This document shows, piece by piece, positions 19,014-28,162 of a stretch of 64,000 nucleotides of DNA. Every line of letters begins with the position of its first letter. The first letter of the stretch is position 1. This DNA is from an uncultured archaeon (GTDB taxonomy: Archaea; Thermoplasmatota; Thermoplasmata; Thermoplasmatales; Thermoplasmataceae). A program made the translations under genes and the position numbers. Location of the stretch: assembly GCA_000965745.1 (NCBI GenBank), contig CP009479.1:2162688-2226687 (forward strand), read 5' to 3'. Under the pieces are notes generated by a model. It ran no database searches. It was not told where the DNA came from and saw only the letters and a list, made by a program, of their open reading frames with translations.

Positions 19014-21701
19014 TTAGAGCTTATCAAAAACCTCCTTTATTAAGTTTTCATCCACAGTCTCATGTGAAACGGCTGTGGAGTAGCTTGGGGTTCCGCCGAC
19101 TTCAGCAGTGCTCCCGAGGATCGAGGCCAACACTGTTCTGCCATCAACCTTTCCCTTGGATATTACCACATAACCGTATTCACTCCCTCCGGCATCATTG
19201 ATGATGAGGAAAAGTTTGTACGGCTTGGAGAAAAGAGCCTTTGCAAGCAGTTTCATGCCCTCTTCTGTAAGATTTGACCTCATTACTGCAGCCCCGCCCC
19301 ATGGGTACTCAAGAACTTCTGCCTGATCTATTGTCTTGTTGACATTCCTCTTGAGGAGCGCCTCTTTTTCCTTCTTCAGTTCAATGTTCTCCCTGACGAT
19401 TGACTGCACCCTGCCGGGTATCTCGGAAATGTCTGTTGCAAGAGCAGACTGCAAAGCCCTCGCAGACGCATATATTCCCTGAACGTATTCAAGAGCAGCT
19501 TCGCCAGCTACAAAGGTGATCCGCTGTATCCCCTCCTGGACACTTTCAGTGTTGACTATCTTCAGGAACCCGAGTTCTGATGTATTGCTCAGGTGGGTTC
19601 CGCCGCAGCCTTCCACATCAACACCTTCGATCTCCACCAGCCTAAGCTTCGGTGAGAGGGGGACGCCTCCCTGAAAGACAGAGAAGCCATATTTCTCGAT
19701 TGCCTTGTTCCAGTCGACGTTTTTTACACGTATGTTGCGCCCTTCCCTGATCAGCTCCAGGCATCTTCTCTCGATCTTCCTTATATCTTCATCACTGAGC
19801 TTCCGGTAGTGCGTTATGTCAATCCGGGATGTTTCAACCCCTTTCTGCACACCGAACTGCCAAACGTGCGGGCCGAGTATTTCCTTCATCACCCCGAGGA
19901 TAAGGTGGGTTGCGGAATGGTGCGCCATGAGCCTGTGCCTGCGGAAAGTGTCGATATGCCCCATTATGCGGGAGCTCTTTGGTATGTCCCCTTCTATCCA
20001 GTGCACAATTGTATCGCCGTACCTTTCAACCTTCTTGACCTGGATCTTCTTTCCCCTGTATACAAAATACCCCAGATCCGTAGGCTGGCCCCCACCTTCA
20101 GGGTAGAATGCAGTCTGGTTGAGTATAATGTACCCATTGCCTGAATCCATGACTATTGCGTTGAACTCTGAAATCCTGACATCGTCATAGTACAGTGGTC
20201 GGGTTTTTATGCTGGGGAACTGGAGTTCCCGCTTCTTCCCGGGCTCAACGTTATCGTGAAGGGAAATAACACGAGTATGGAAATCATCTGGCACCTCGAT
20301 GACTTTGCCAGTCTTCTCCTTGACGATTGACGCGACAAAATCCGGGTGCAGGCCGTAAGAGTCGTAGAGTTTCAGCAGATCATCCGGCTTGATTTCTTTC
20401 TGCCTGCTCAATGACCTTTCGACTATACCCCTCCCCTTTTCAAGGGTTTCCTGATATTTCTCTGCCTCTTCCTGAAGCATAAGGTGCACAAAATCTCTGG
20501 GATAATTCTTTACTATGTTCCTGAGGCTTTCCCAGTGCATCTCTATGAGTTCCTCCATTGTGCCCCTGAAGTTAATCAGCTCAATGTGCCTGAGGGTTCT
20601 GCGTATCAGGAGCCTGGCCAGATATCCTGCCTTTACATTCGATGGTATAACATAATCTGAAAACAGAAGGAGGAGTGTCCTCGTGTGGTCTGCAACAACG
20701 AACGCAGACTTGAGTGTGTTGTATTCCTTCAGGAATTCCTCTTCCGTCATATTGTTGCCTATTCTTGCAACCTCCGGGAGAATCAGCCTTATAATTTCGT
20801 TTTCATGCAGATCCTCGTGCTCTGCAAAATTCTGGACAATTATCTCCAGAATCCTCCTGTCAATGAGGCTTGCATCGGAGTTTTCAAGAACATGATCAAC
20901 TATGCCGGGATATATGGCCTCATACACTGTCGGTGTCCCCTGGGAAAGCCATGTGAGCCTTTCAAGCCCATACCCGGTATCAACAACCTTCAGTTCCATC
21001 GGAGAATATGTGAGACCATCGATCTCTGTGGTGCCTTCGGGATCTGCCACCATGTCCATGAATACAAGGGTTGCGACCTCCAGACCTTCTACAAGAACCT
21101 CAAGAGCATTTCCGCCATTCCCGCCCCCCGACCAGGGCTTTTCCTTGTAGGTTACCAGCTTGGGTTCAATCCCAAGCTTCTCCGTCAGGAATGAGTGGCA
21201 GTAGGAAACAGTCTCTTCCTTCCAGTATACTTGCTTTCTGTTGTTGAATGAATCGTGGCACATCATCTCGAAAGTTGTAAGGTGCCTGCCCGTCTTGCCC
21301 ACATTGTCAACGTCGACCATCCTTATGCTCGGCTGGGACATAACGAGGGGGTTTGCCGGAGGAGGCACAACACCTGATGTCACGTGTGGCTGGAAATCAT
21401 AGATTGAGGCGTTGACAAGGAGGACATCGTCCCTCCACCTTGGAACTACAGGGTAAGGGCTTATGAAGGTGTGCCCGTCCCTGAAGAAGCTGATGAACTC
21501 CTCCCGCATCTCGTCCAGAGTGTATTTCCTGCTCACTGGAGGGGTGTTAATGAAAGTATACCTGTCACATGGCGGGTCCCCACAGGTCTTCCTGCCCGGA
21601 TCGCCAGTCCAGAAATAATGATGGCAATTGCTGCACTGTTTTCTAGTGAATCGGTTGTCCGAAAAGAATTTCAGTTCCAGTGGATTCTTCTGTTCAGTCA
21701 T
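19014..21701 (-). CDS. alaS: Alanyl-tRNA synthetase (archaeal type)
   Basis: ASIYDFQP, GRHLT.FEM, DTGYGLER, HSATH, CGGTH. Confidence 0.97.
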   Translation of the reverse strand: MTEQKNPLELKFFSDNRFTRKQCSNCHHYFWTGDPGRKTCGDPPCDRYTFINTPPVSRKYTLDEMREEFISFFRDGHTFISPYPVVPRWRDDVLLVNASIYDFQPHVTSGVVPPPANPLVMSQPSIRMVDVDNVGKTGRHLTTFEMMCHDSFNNRKQVYWKEETVSYCHSFLTEKLGIEPKLVTYKEKPWSGGGNGGNALEVLVEGLEVATLVFMDMVADPEGTTEIDGLTYSPMELKVVDTGYGLERLTWLSQGTPTVYEAIYPGIVDHVLENSDASLIDRRILEIIVQNFAEHEDLHENEIIRLILPEVARIGNNMTEEEFLKEYNTLKSAFVVADHTRTLLLLFSDYVIPSNVKAGYLARLLIRRTLRHIELINFRGTMEELIEMHWESLRNIVKNYPRDFVHLMLQEEAEKYQETLEKGRGIVERSLSRQKEIKPDDLLKLYDSYGLHPDFVASIVKEKTGKVIEVPDDFHTRVISLHDNVEPGKKRELQFPSIKTRPLYYDDVRISEFNAIVMDSGNGYIILNQTAFYPEGGGQPTDLGYFVYRGKKIQVKKVERYGDTIVHWIEGDIPKSSRIMGHIDTFRRHRLMAHHSATHLILGVMKEILGPHVWQFGVQKGVETSRIDITHYRKLSDEDIRKIERRCLELIREGRNIRVKNVDWNKAIEKYGFSVFQGGVPLSPKLRLVEIEGVDVEGCGGTHLSNTSELGFLKIVNTESVQEGIQRITFVAGEAALEYVQGIYASARALQSALATDISEIPGRVQSIVRENIELKKEKEALLKRNVNKTIDQAEVLEYPWGGAAVMRSNLTEEGMKLLAKALFSKPYKLFLIINDAGGSEYGYVVISKGKVDGRTVLASILGSTAEVGGTPSYSTAVSHETVDENLIKEVFDKL

Positions 21702-21740
21702 GATGTACTCCTGCCTAGGTTATCGCGGCATATTGCCGAC

Positions 21741-22505
21741 TTAAGCCGGTTTACCGGCAACGATGACTGCCCTCTTTTTTATGAAGGAAGTATCATCCTC
21801 CATAAATCCTATCAGTTTCTTAAATTCTGGTGTCGCATATGTCAGGAATTCAAGGCACTCCTTTCCTTCTTCTGATTCCATTGGAACCGGATGCAGCCAT
21901 TTCTCAAACCTTATCCTGTCCTCATACCCGATTGCTTCCCTTATTTGGAATCCTGCAGTCTTGAGCAGTCGTTTCCAGGAGGTAAGGGTTTCGGCCCCAG
22001 CATGTGAAGGGTCCCTTATGGCCTCAAATTTATCATACCTGCGTTCCACATCGCCCTCCGGCGATACCATGTCTGATATCCCAAGTGTCCCGCCCGGCTT
22101 CAGCACCCTGAAAGCCTCCGCAAGGAACGCCGGCTTGTCTGAGAAATGATGGGGTGCCCTCCTGCTGGTAACAATGTCGAATTCACCGTCACTGTATGGA
22201 AGTTTTTCAACGTCCCCAACAACAAATTCTATGTTAGCTGTATTTTCGGATTCTGCGAGCTTTCTCGCCTGTAAAAGCATTTCCGAGGTCTTGTCGAGCG
22301 CAGCAACATGCTTTACTTTTTTTGCCAATGCAACAGCGGTGAACCCTGTTCCGGTGGCAAGGTCAAGTGCATTGAGAGAAGCGTTAACGTTTAGGAGGCT
22401 TATCAGGAGCTCAAGGTCGGACCCCTTTGCATGGGAATCGCTCTTAGCGTACTCTTCTGCGTATTTTCCAAAAAATTCCTTGACGTCCATATGCACGTAT
22501 TCCAA
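21741..22505 (-). CDS. Class I SAM-dependent methyltransferase
   Basis: LDLATGTG, FDIV, RVLKPGG. Confidence 0.9.
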   Translation of the reverse strand: MEYVHMDVKEFFGKYAEEYAKSDSHAKGSDLELLISLLNVNASLNALDLATGTGFTAVALAKKVKHVAALDKTSEMLLQARKLAESENTANIEFVVGDVEKLPYSDGEFDIVTSRRAPHHFSDKPAFLAEAFRVLKPGGTLGISDMVSPEGDVERRYDKFEAIRDPSHAGAETLTSWKRLLKTAGFQIREAIGYEDRIRFEKWLHPVPMESEEGKECLEFLTYATPEFKKLIGFMEDDTSFIKKRAVIVAGKPA

Positions 22506-22544
22506 TGCAGAATAAAATATCGTTTATGACCCTATGCCGGTCCC

Positions 22545-23198
22545 TTACCTTTCCAGATAAATGAAGTAATGGGCCTTGTGGAAGGGCTTCAGGTTGATAA
22601 CTTCCTTGACCCTGAAGCCCTCGATTTCCTCGAGTGATCTGTTGAGTATCTGTTTTTCAGAAAGCCTTGATGATATTGCTCTCATTTTCAGAATGAGAAT
22701 GGCGCTTGATGCATTCGGGCAGCTTGCTGCGTTATTGTTGAATATCTGGACCTGGTTCCGCTGTGATATATCCTGGTATATCGTATCGATACGATCCAGA
22801 AAATGCACGTAACGCTCAACAAAATTCGCATCTTCGAGGATTGGGAAAATGTTCCTCCTCCCCTCTGACAGCTTGATTAGCTTCACAAACGATTCGTACG
22901 AGGACTCCACAGCGAATATCCTGCCCTCATAGCACACATCGGAAATGTGGCTCACAGTTGTGCCTGTTGAAGCTCCCAGATAGAGGACATTGCTGTCGGC
23001 CCTGAAGCTGAAATGCTCAAGGCCAAGGTTCAGGGCTGCTGAGAGCTTGCTTCTCTTAGGGTCCCAGTATCTGACGTATTTTCCCTTTTTCTTCGAAACC
23101 CGTTCACCATAAACGCTTACCGGGTAATCGGATACTGTGTAGTAATTCCGGTTAAGATGCGAAAGCCTGCTTTCGCCGAGTTTGATTTCAGCCACCAC
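22545..23198 (-). CDS. flpA: Fibrillarin-like rRNA/tRNA 2'-O-methyltransferase
   Basis: VYGE, WDPKRSKLSAA, VLYLGASTGTTVSHISD, YQDISQ. Confidence 0.95.
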   Translation of the reverse strand: MVAEIKLGESRLSHLNRNYYTVSDYPVSVYGERVSKKKGKYVRYWDPKRSKLSAALNLGLEHFSFRADSNVLYLGASTGTTVSHISDVCYEGRIFAVESSYESFVKLIKLSEGRRNIFPILEDANFVERYVHFLDRIDTIYQDISQRNQVQIFNNNAASCPNASSAILILKMRAISSRLSEKQILNRSLEEIEGFRVKEVINLKPFHKAHYFIYLER

Positions 23199-23351
23199 TA
23201 TAACGTAAGCCCGGGATGGTTAAAATAAGTTGCCGGAAGCCGGTGCTGATTCCGGCCAGACTCACGGGAGGTGTTATATGGCAAACTTTAACTGGTCATG
23301 GGGTGAGAGCCTAAATTATTAAAGCTCGATTCCATTTTCATCTGGATCAAA

Positions 23352-23807
23352 ATGGAATGTGAAATGTGTGGCAGGAAGACCACAAAGACCAACAGAGTCA
23401 GAATAGACCACGCAATTCTGAACGTGTGCGACACCTGCGCAAAGTTCGGTGAACCAGTCAACCCAATTCATGGATACGACAAGGTCCGTTACAATAAACC
23501 AGATGAGATTACTGTGACAATCCCTGAAAAGAAACCCTCCTACGTGAGGACTGGCCCAAGGCCGACGCCAAAGCCCAAACCGAAGAGGAAGCCTAACGTT
23601 GAGGAACTGGACATAGTTCCTGAATATGCCGAACTGATTAAAGAGGCAAGGTCAAGGCATTCAATGACACAGGAGGATCTCGCAAAAAAGATTCTGGAGA
23701 GGAAGCACGTCCTCTCTAACATCGAGAGAGGTGAATTACTTCCGGACATAAAAACAGCCAGAAAGCTTGAAAAAGCCCTCGGCATAAAACTTGTTGAGAG
23801 CGCGTGA
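23352..23807 (+). CDS. mbf1: Archaeal multiprotein bridging factor aMBF1
   Basis: CEMCG...VC..CAKFG Zn-ribbon plus C-terminal HTH (IERGEL.P..ARKLEK.L). Confidence 0.92.
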   Translation: MECEMCGRKTTKTNRVRIDHAILNVCDTCAKFGEPVNPIHGYDKVRYNKPDEITVTIPEKKPSYVRTGPRPTPKPKPKRKPNVEELDIVPEYAELIKEARSRHSMTQEDLAKKILERKHVLSNIERGELLPDIKTARKLEKALGIKLVESA

Positions 23808-23952
23808 ATGAGTGTCACGGTGAAGTGCTGTCTGACTGCCTTACTGGTTGATAACTCTTGCGTTCCCATGTATGCTTAACGAAATCTTGACTAATTCTCA
23901 ACTAAAAAAAACTTAAATAACTTGGTTTTTTTAGTTATCTCAGGTAGACAAA

Positions 23953-24240
23953 TTGAAAATCGATGTAGGACAGAGATTTGATTTCGAAGTTGATCGAGAA
24001 GATATTGAGGAGATAGAGGAAGGATCAATAATCGCCACATGGTACCACATGGGATCCCCTATTTATGTGGAGCTTATGGTCAACAAGAGCCTCGTGAAGG
24101 AAATCCGAAAGATTTTCAAAGACAACCTTAGAAAAACAGCTCTGGTATCAATAACAAGAGTCTCAAAATCGAGATACGTCGTGGAGCCTACGGTCGTGCT
24201 TGTTAACAAACAGGGCAATGGCATAACAACAGTAAAATAA
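23953..24240 (+). CDS. Hypothetical protein
   Basis: 95-aa ORF, TTG start with AGGTAG upstream and TTAAATA box. Confidence 0.7.
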   Translation: MKIDVGQRFDFEVDREDIEEIEEGSIIATWYHMGSPIYVELMVNKSLVKEIRKIFKDNLRKTALVSITRVSKSRYVVEPTVVLVNKQGNGITTVK

Positions 24241-24351
24241 CCCCGATAGGAACCTATTTTTACATCATTTTAGGTCACGCCCTCACGTTTTATCGAACAT
24301 CGAATAAGAAAATGTTAAATACATGAATTTAGTACATTCATGTGGTCACCA

Positions 24352-24492
24352 ATGGCACGGAAGAAAGTCTTTGATTATGACCTTGATGACACAGCCAGTT
24401 TTGAAGAGCTCGAAAGAGATATTTTTGGAGAAGGTGATTTAGGTAAAAAAAGGAATTCAGGGGACAATTCTCGTCCTGTCTCTCGGAAATAA
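24352..24492 (+). CDS. Unannotated small acidic protein (46 aa)
   Basis: MARKKVFDYDLDDTASFEELERDIFGEGDLGKKRNSGDNSRPVSRK*; TTAAATA box and 8-bp palindrome upstream. Confidence 0.5.
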   Translation: MARKKVFDYDLDDTASFEELERDIFGEGDLGKKRNSGDNSRPVSRK

Positions 24493-25755
24493 TGTTGCCT
24501 CGCGTATATTGGGCAGGCCGCACAGGATCATCACGAGCCTTTCCAGGCCGATTGCCCACCCCGCGTGAGGGGGCATCCCGTATTTAAATGCTTTAATGTA
24601 GAAATCAAATTCGCTTGGATTAAGGCCTTTATCCAAGAATCTTTTTTCTAATATTTCCGGATTGTGGACCCTCTGTGCTCCAGAGGTAATCTCGAGTTCA
24701 TTAAACTGCAGGTCAAATGAATTTGTCAATGCCGGATCTTCAGGTTTGGGCATTGTGTAAAAGGGCCTCATTGAGGACGGCCAGTCGATTATGAAGTAGA
24801 AGCCATTGAACTTGTTCCCGATAACCTTAAGCTGTTCCGGTGAGAAATCATCGCCGAACTCAAGGTTCATTCCAGCGTCGTTGATCAACTTCCTGCATTC
24901 TTCGTATGTGATCCTGGGAAAGGGAGTTTTCACCCTGTCAACATGGATTCCGTGCTTCTCCATCTGATCAGAGTGTCTGGACAGCATTTCATCCACACCG
25001 TGCTTAATCGCATTTTCAAGGAATGCCATTGCGTCGTTGTGGTCAGCGAAACTTACTTCTATGTCTATTGACGTGAATTCATTCAGGTGCCTGGTCGTGT
25101 TATGCTGCTCAGCCCTGAAGGCAGGTCCAACCTCGAATACGCGGTCCAGGCCGCATGACATAAGGATCTCCTTGTATAGCTGGGGTGACTGGTTAAGGTA
25201 AGCTTCCTTCTCGAAGTACTTCACGCTGAAAAGGTCTGCACCACCCTCTGTTGCTGCAGCCACTATCTTTGGCGTGTGGACTTCAATGAATTCCTGGCTG
25301 TTGAAAAATTTGCGTATCCCCCACAGCATTGTGCTCTCTATCTGGAAAATCAGTGCTTTCTCCGGTTTTCTGATATCAATGAACCTGTTGTTGAGCCTTG
25401 TATCGAAATCCGCTTCAACCGGATCATCAACGCCCAGAGGAAGCGGTGCCAGGGATTCATTAAGAATTTCTATTTTCTCAGCGACTATATCAACGCCGAG
25501 TTTTGAGGCTGACTTCCTGTCCCATTTTCCCTTTACTGCTATGACGGATTCCCTGTTTAGGCCAACGATTTTCTCTTCATTGTCGAGTGTGCCTTTCCTT
25601 ATTGTCACCTGGGCCATGCCCGACGTATCCCTGACTGTCAGGAATATAACATTCTTGAGTGATCTTGTGTCCTGTATCCAGACGGCAATGTTCACTTCCC
25701 CTTCAATGTCGTTGGCAATTATGTCGCTGATAAGGCTCCTCTGCATGGGTTCCAA
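24457..25755 (-). CDS. aspS: Aspartyl-tRNA synthetase
   Basis: TRLNNR..D.R, QSPQLYK, FRAE, GAQR, PPHAG..IGLER, FPRD. Confidence 0.96.
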   Translation of the reverse strand: MEPMQRSLISDIIANDIEGEVNIAVWIQDTRSLKNVIFLTVRDTSGMAQVTIRKGTLDNEEKIVGLNRESVIAVKGKWDRKSASKLGVDIVAEKIEILNESLAPLPLGVDDPVEADFDTRLNNRFIDIRKPEKALIFQIESTMLWGIRKFFNSQEFIEVHTPKIVAAATEGGADLFSVKYFEKEAYLNQSPQLYKEILMSCGLDRVFEVGPAFRAEQHNTTRHLNEFTSIDIEVSFADHNDAMAFLENAIKHGVDEMLSRHSDQMEKHGIHVDRVKTPFPRITYEECRKLINDAGMNLEFGDDFSPEQLKVIGNKFNGFYFIIDWPSSMRPFYTMPKPEDPALTNSFDLQFNELEITSGAQRVHNPEILEKRFLDKGLNPSEFDFYIKAFKYGMPPHAGWAIGLERLVMILCGLPNIREATLFPRDRTRIVP

Positions 25756-25842
25756 AGCTCATCCATCTTAATAAAAATACTCAGTAGCCCGCGAAAAAGA
25801 AATTAGTGTAAAACTTAATAATATTGTTTATAATTAATAAAT

Positions 25843-27114
25843 GTGCCACGAAGGTTTGCGCTTTTGATTATTCTCGGGCTGATTTCAATTCTGCTCATTT
25901 CCGCTTTTCCGGCTCACGCACAGCAGAAGAGCGTAGTAGTGATACATCTCAACCAGGAGATTGACCCGGGGTCAGCAAACCTTATCGTTCAGACGCTGAA
26001 TTCGGTGAGCAAGCAGGACACCCAGGCAGTTGTCATTGAAATGAACACACCCGGAGGGTTGCTTAGCAGCATGCTGCAGATGATAAACGCAATAAACCAG
26101 ACAGAGGCTGCGGGGATTCCGGTGTACACATACATACCGACTGATGCGATGGGCGCATCGGCTGGGTCCTATGTCGCGATGTCCACCGACGTGATTGGCA
26201 TGGGCAACGGTTCATACATCGGCCCTTCAACGCCGATTGTTGTTGGAGGCAGTTCACTTCAGCAGAACCACACAGAAGCTGCAATGCAGGCACTCATGGT
26301 TAGCATGGCTGCCTCACATAACCGGAATACGACCGCAGCAGCCCTCATGGTCTCCAACAATGTTGCATATGATGCCAGAACTGCTGTGAACATCCATATA
26401 GCAGACAGGCTTTCAGACAACCTTTCCTCGTTCCTTGCCTCGGAGAATTTGTCATCGTACCACATAGGGAATGCATACCCTTCAGTTTATGACAGCTTCA
26501 TCAGCTTCCTGAGCAATCCCTTTGTTGACGGCATATTCATACTCCTTGGGGCAATAGCCATAATGGCGGATTTCTACCATGGTTCAGTGGTGCTGTCAGT
26601 TGCGGGCATCGTTCTGATCGCCCTTGGATTTCTTGGGGCTGAAGTCATAAGCGCTTCAATAGTCGGGCTCGTACTGCTCATAGTTGGGGCAGCGCTGATA
26701 CTGATTGAGATAAAAACAGGACACGGTGCGGCACTCATCTCAGGAGTGGTTGTGGGAATGATTGGAACCTTCCTCCTTGCAGCCCCGTATTCCTCAACAA
26801 ATCCCGGGTATTCACCTTCACCGTACGGCACGGGAGATTACGTTGCCGCCATAGCAATAATTATATTAGCCGTGATACTAGGATTGCTGTTCAAGCATCT
26901 GGTGGGTTCCTTGAAAAGAAAACGTTATACCGGGGCTGAGAGCCTCATAGATAAGACTGCAACAGTCAAGAAAGAGCTGTCCCCAACAGGTTGGATTTCA
27001 ATTGAGGGTGTCATGTGGAAAGCCGTAAGCACAGACGGTTCCACCATCCAGGAAGGAGATACCGTTGTGGTAACGGGGATCGATGGGCTCACCCTGAAAG
27101 TCAGGCGCGAGTGA
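25843..27114 (+). CDS. nfeD: NfeD1 membrane-bound serine protease (ClpP-like domain + TM + OB-fold)
   Basis: MNTPGG, ASAGSY, TM bundle, C-terminal G..WKA...I..GD.V.V. Confidence 0.88.
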   Translation: MPRRFALLIILGLISILLISAFPAHAQQKSVVVIHLNQEIDPGSANLIVQTLNSVSKQDTQAVVIEMNTPGGLLSSMLQMINAINQTEAAGIPVYTYIPTDAMGASAGSYVAMSTDVIGMGNGSYIGPSTPIVVGGSSLQQNHTEAAMQALMVSMAASHNRNTTAAALMVSNNVAYDARTAVNIHIADRLSDNLSSFLASENLSSYHIGNAYPSVYDSFISFLSNPFVDGIFILLGAIAIMADFYHGSVVLSVAGIVLIALGFLGAEVISASIVGLVLLIVGAALILIEIKTGHGAALISGVVVGMIGTFLLAAPYSSTNPGYSPSPYGTGDYVAAIAIIILAVILGLLFKHLVGSLKRKRYTGAESLIDKTATVKKELSPTGWISIEGVMWKAVSTDGSTIQEGDTVVVTGIDGLTLKVRRE

Positions 27115-27164
27115 GAGGCTCCTCCTCCGGCTCATATTTATATGGTAGCAGAAAATTAACTTCG

Positions 27165-28130
27165 ATGACTCGGTTTATCCTCGGCTTCGACGTGGGCGGG
27201 ACAAAGATATCGGCTGTCGTCGGGGATGAAGACGGACACATATTTTCACGTGTGAGAAAGCCGACAATCAGGCATCTCGGCAAGAAACGGCTGACACAGC
27301 AGCTTGAATCCATGGGGAAAGAAGCGCTCCTGAAGGCTGAAGTCGAAAAACCGGACCTTGTGGGCATTATTTTTGCAGGGCTGGTTGACTCCGAAAAGGG
27401 AGCAGTGATATCATCGCCGAACATTCTTGGGCTTAACAATTTTGCAATAGTGGAGCCAATGGAGGAGTTTTTTGATGCTCCTGCAACACTTGAAAACGAC
27501 GCCACGGCAGCAACGATTGCCGAAAGCCTCTTCGGATCAGGGAGAGGGATCGAGAATTTCGTTTACCTTACCCTCAGCACGGGGATAGGGGGCGGCGCCT
27601 TCATCAACGGGAAGCTTTACAAGGGGAGCCATGGGCTCGCCGGAGAGATGGGGCACATGGTCATAATGTCGAACGGGCCTACCTGCGGATGTGGAAGGAA
27701 AGGCTGCCTTGAAGCCATAGCAGGGGGCAAAGGAATAGCAAGGCGTGTGTCTGAGAATGTGAGTGCGGTGAGGGATTCTGAGACACTTTCGTCTCTGCGG
27801 CCTTACGAGATCGATGCCTCGAAAGTCTTCCAGGCAAGGAGAAAAGGCGATATGTTTGCCCAGCTGATGATTGAGGAAACCATCTATTACCTTGCCGTGG
27901 GGATAGTCAACATAATTTCAATACTGGACCCCGAAGTTGTGATAATTGGAGGGGGGATATCGAGAGCAGGAAAGGAGCTTTTCAGCCCGCTCAATGCTGC
28001 AATCAAGGAGGAGTTCAAGAGCATGAGGAGGCCGGTTAAAATTCTAAGGGGGCTCCAGGACGGCTCTGATCTGGCAGCAATTTCCGTGCCCCTCTACAAG
28101 GAGAAAGTAAGCGGGAATCCTGCAAGATAG
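27165..28130 (+). CDS. ROK-family sugar kinase (glucokinase-like)
   Basis: GFDVGGTK, ENDA, STGIGGG, GEMGH, CGCG..GCLEA; ATG at 27165 preferred. Confidence 0.92.
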   Translation: MTRFILGFDVGGTKISAVVGDEDGHIFSRVRKPTIRHLGKKRLTQQLESMGKEALLKAEVEKPDLVGIIFAGLVDSEKGAVISSPNILGLNNFAIVEPMEEFFDAPATLENDATAATIAESLFGSGRGIENFVYLTLSTGIGGGAFINGKLYKGSHGLAGEMGHMVIMSNGPTCGCGRKGCLEAIAGGKGIARRVSENVSAVRDSETLSSLRPYEIDASKVFQARRKGDMFAQLMIEETIYYLAVGIVNIISILDPEVVIIGGGISRAGKELFSPLNAAIKEEFKSMRRPVKILRGLQDGSDLAAISVPLYKEKVSGNPAR

Positions 28131-28162
28131 AGAAGGTTCCTGAAGCGAGCTGGTTTCCCTTG

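Noticed and set aside
23803-23862. Possible C/D-box sRNA after mbf1
   Set aside because: No canonical RTGATGA C box; only one clear CTGA
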